A stretch of DNA of 34,197 nucleotides from Macrostomum lignano (Eukaryota), in contig NIVC01003321.1 of the NCBI GenBank assembly GCA_002269645.1, positions 1 to 34,197 of the forward strand, written 5' to 3'. Shown here in pieces: positions 31,225 to 34,197 of the stretch. Position numbers and translations under genes: made by a program. Numbering within the stretch: position 1 is the first letter of the stretch; every line of letters begins with the position of its first letter. The notes beneath the pieces were generated by a model. That model was not told the DNA's origin. It was given only the letters and a program-made list of their open reading frames with translations, and made no database searches.

Positions 31225-31590
31225 TCTCGCCAGAGCAGCGCCGCAACGGCAGCCACCGCCAAAACAGCCGCGCCGTCCCAGTCGGAGCAGACGCAGAAGC
31301 AGCAATTCTGCAGCCGCATCCCGGCCGAACAGTTCTCCCTGTCCGGCCGGCTGGCCTCCGACCAGGCGCTGCTCAACCTGCTGGAGGGCCTCCTGTCCGA
31401 TGAGAACCTGCCGGCCAGGGAGAAGCGCCGCAAGCTGCGCCTGTTCAAGGAGTCGCACCCGCACGTGTACGCGGCCCGCTTCCCGGATGCCGAGGTCGAG
31501 CGGTCGGTGCTGGACAGCCTGCGGGGACCGCCGGCCGCGCCGGGCCTGCTGGGCCGCACCATTGCCGCTCTGCGGAACTGGCGGCTGTGA
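31225..31590 (+). CDS. DEPDC1: DEPDC1-like last exon
   Basis: ttttcag| acceptor; FCSRIPAEQF...LLEGLLSDENLPAREKRRKLRLFKESHPHVYAARFP matches the DEPDC1 C-terminus. Confidence 0.9.
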   Translation, partial: SRQSSAATAATAKTAAPSQSEQTQKQQFCSRIPAEQFSLSGRLASDQALLNLLEGLLSDENLPAREKRRKLRLFKESHPHVYAARFPDAEVERSVLDSLRGPPAAPGLLGRTIAALRNWRL

Positions 31591-31758
31591 CGGGTGGCGC
31601 TGGGAAGTGGTTGCTATGGCTAAGAGGAGTTGCTAAGCTCCTCTTGGTGCGCCTTCCTGCGCGGTCTTGAATTTTTTATTAAGAATCGAACTGATCCTAT
31701 TAGTCTGATCTCTACCAGGTAATCGCCTGAAATCCCAATCCACTCTGAGTAGTTTTAT

Positions 31759-32092
31759 GGGATTAGAATCCCCTCCAGATCGCCTCCTGGGATTCTAATC
31801 CCTCTAGATCACCACCTGGGATTCTAATCCCCTCTAGATAGTCACCTGGGATTCTAATCCCCTCCAGATCGCCACCTGGGATTCTAATCCCCTCTAGATC
31901 ACCACCTGGGATTCTAATCCCCTCTAGATAGTCACCTGGGATTCTAATCCCCTCCAGATCGCCACCTGGGATTCTAATCCCCTCTAGATCACCACCTGGG
32001 ATTCTAATCCCCTCTAGATCACCACCTGGGATTCTAAACCCCTCTAGATTGCCAGCTGGGATTCTAATCCACTCTAGATCGCCACCTGGGAT
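31759..32092. repeat. 30-bp minisatellite x~11
   Basis: CTGGGATTCTAATCCCCTCTAGATCACCAC units. Confidence 0.95.
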
Positions 32093-32929
32093 TTTATATT
32101 CATCTGTAATTTTAATTTCTCTAGACTAACCACCTGTAGTATGACTGGCATGAAACTCCTGTGACAATCTGCTCTCAGTCGCAGCTCCCCTACTTGTCAA
32201 AGTCCGCATGCCCCATTCACCGGTGCAGCTGCACTTGTATTCAACTTGTATTCACTGCAAAGCTTCGCACCTTGTCAACACTGTTTTTTATTTGTTGCAC
32301 GCACCTTTGAGTGGCCAATATAAGCAAAGCACTGACTGCCGAGCATTTCAAGTCAAATTTTATTTATTTAAACCTTTCGGACATTGCATTCGCCTGCCAA
32401 TTTGTCTTCTTTTAGCCTGTCAAGCAATGTTCCTTTGTTTCACTTGCAGTTGAAGTTTTTAGCTCAATTATTCTCCGAGCAAGTATTTTTGTATAAAGCC
32501 TGCAGCTGTTCAGCCACTTCGTCTTCTGTTTTGTTAAACTGAAATTACCTGTTTTTCTAACTATAATATACGTTACCTGTCATTATAATCCCGCATTACC
32601 GCTTAGCGTATTTCTACTGCTCTCTGTTGCCATGGAAACCATTGGAATCGTTGCTGGCCTCGATAGTTTTGTTTTTTCAAGTTCGCTTTGTCAGGGAAAC
32701 AGTATGTTACTGTTTGTAGCCACATATAGTAAGCTTGTTATAAACAATATTGCAGATCTCCACTTGAGCTGCATTGTGTGGCAATTAAATTTGTATGCTC
32801 TGGGAAGGCCGCCTGGAGAGTCACGTGACATCCAGCTGTCATAAAAAGACCCAACGAATGCATGGCTCTGAGAGCTCAGTCCAACATTCTCAGCAGTTCC
32901 GCAGCCGCGGGCTTCTTGAGACAGTCCAG

Positions 32930-33330
32930 AGTCGAACTGGCCTACTCAAAAATTGGATGCAGAAAATCCATGAGGCAGCAGCATGGATGCAGCTGGGGGA
33001 GCGGAGGCTGTTGCAGTAAAAGCCGAACTAATAATCGATGCGCCATCGCCAACTGCGGGCGGCCCGGCGGTATCGAGCGATCGGCCTGCAGTCGGCGGCT
33101 CTCGACGGGTGAACGCAGAAGCTGCCAGTCGGGCGGGCGGAGGAGGGGCCGCTTGCTGCTTTAACGAGGTCGCTGCCGGTCCGCTGTGTTGCCTGTCAAC
33201 AAGCCGCAGCTCTTGAGAGGCTTGCTGGGGAAGGAGGCTGCTCAGAGTAATTGGTTTGCATTGAATTCTGCTCAGCTGCTGTGCATGAAGCAGTTGCAGC
33301 CCCGGTGAGCTTTTCTTGTGACAGCTGATC
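32930..33330 (-). CDS. Possible terminal coding exon of an unidentified gene
   Basis: Open low-complexity frame QLSQEKLTGLQLLHAQQLSRIQ...KQQAAPPPPARL...FSASNF*; GC-rich like the other exons; no recognisable domain. Confidence 0.25.
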
Positions 33331-33460
33331 GGCTCACTGCAGCAGTGCTCAGCCGCCTGGCCACCTGCTCCGGCTGCCTCGGCTTCGTCCTGAGACCAAT
33401 TAATTCATGCAACTACGCGTCTGCTGGCGAATAACTGCCTGCTTGAGCTCGAGTAACTTG

Positions 33461-33986
33461 AGAATCTGGCTGAGCACTCACTGAGCGTTGGGAATCTGGC
33501 TGAGCTCTCACTGAGCATTGAGAATCTGGCTGAGCTCTCACTGAGCGTTGGGAATCTAGCTGAGCACTCACTGAGCGTTGGGAATATGGCTGAGCACTCA
33601 CTGAGCATTGGGAATCTGGCTGAGCTCTCACTGAGCATTGAGAATCTGGCTGAGCTCTCACTGAGCGTTGGGAATCTAGCTGAGCACTCACTGAGCATTG
33701 GGAATATGGCTGAGCACTCACTGAGCATTGGGAATCTGGCTGAGCTCTCACTGAGCATTGAGAATCTGGCTGAGCACTCGCTGAGCATTGAGAATCTGGC
33801 TGAGCACTCACTGAGCATTGGGAATCTGGCTGAGCTCTCACTGAGCATTCGGAATCTGGCTGAGCACTCACTGAGCATTGGGAATCTGGCTGAGCTCTCA
33901 CTGAGCATTCGGAATCTGGCTGAGCACTCACTGAGCATTGAGAATCTGGCTGAGCACTCACTGAGCATTGGGAATCTGGCTGAGCA
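33461..33986. repeat. 30-bp minisatellite x~17
   Basis: CTGAGCACTCACTGAGCATTGGGAATCTGG units. Confidence 0.97.
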
Positions 33987-34197
33987 CTTCTACACTTTAA
34001 TGCCAGACTGAAAGCTTTGTCTGGTTGACTTCCTGCTGTGGATAATTTCCTGTTCTCCGAAGATGAAGCTGATTTGGCTGATCCGCTCAAGCGGCTTTTG
34101 ACGCGGCTTCAGCTTCGAATCCTGCACTGAGAAAAGTCCTCACGGAGCAGAAGCTTGAGCAGTCGCGCGGCCAATCCCGGACGCTCCTGAGCACCCC

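Overview
Eukaryotic (metazoan) genomic DNA with two parts. (1) 1-~13.37 kb is the right-hand portion of an integrated Polinton/Maverick (adintovirus-like endogenous dsDNA virus). Reading inward from the right terminus it carries a parvovirus-type PLA2, a retroviral-like integrase, a stand-alone adenovirus pX-like protein, protein-primed PolB, an adenain-like protease, a predicted membrane-active helical protein, a coiled-coil protein, a packaging ATPase, two putative core proteins, and major and minor capsid proteins. Most of these genes are broken by single-base indels, and I saw no clear nonsense substitutions. (2) ~13.4-34.2 kb is GC-rich host DNA with an AP-5 mu-like gene (-), a PR/SET-like C2H2 zinc-finger gene (-) and a DEPDC1-like gene (+). 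It also holds an RTE-type LINE inserted into an intronic minisatellite, a LOA-type LINE that has lost almost all of ORF2, and a different minisatellite in almost every intron, several of which duplicate the splice site itself. Tiny introns, GC-rich exons and repeat-filled introns suggest a flatworm such as Macrostomum (inference only). All homology calls are by-eye motif recognition; no searches were run. The most interesting leads are 3' splice-acceptor-like motifs directly before many viral start codons, the separation of PLA2 from pX, and the tandem splice-site arrays in DEPDC1.
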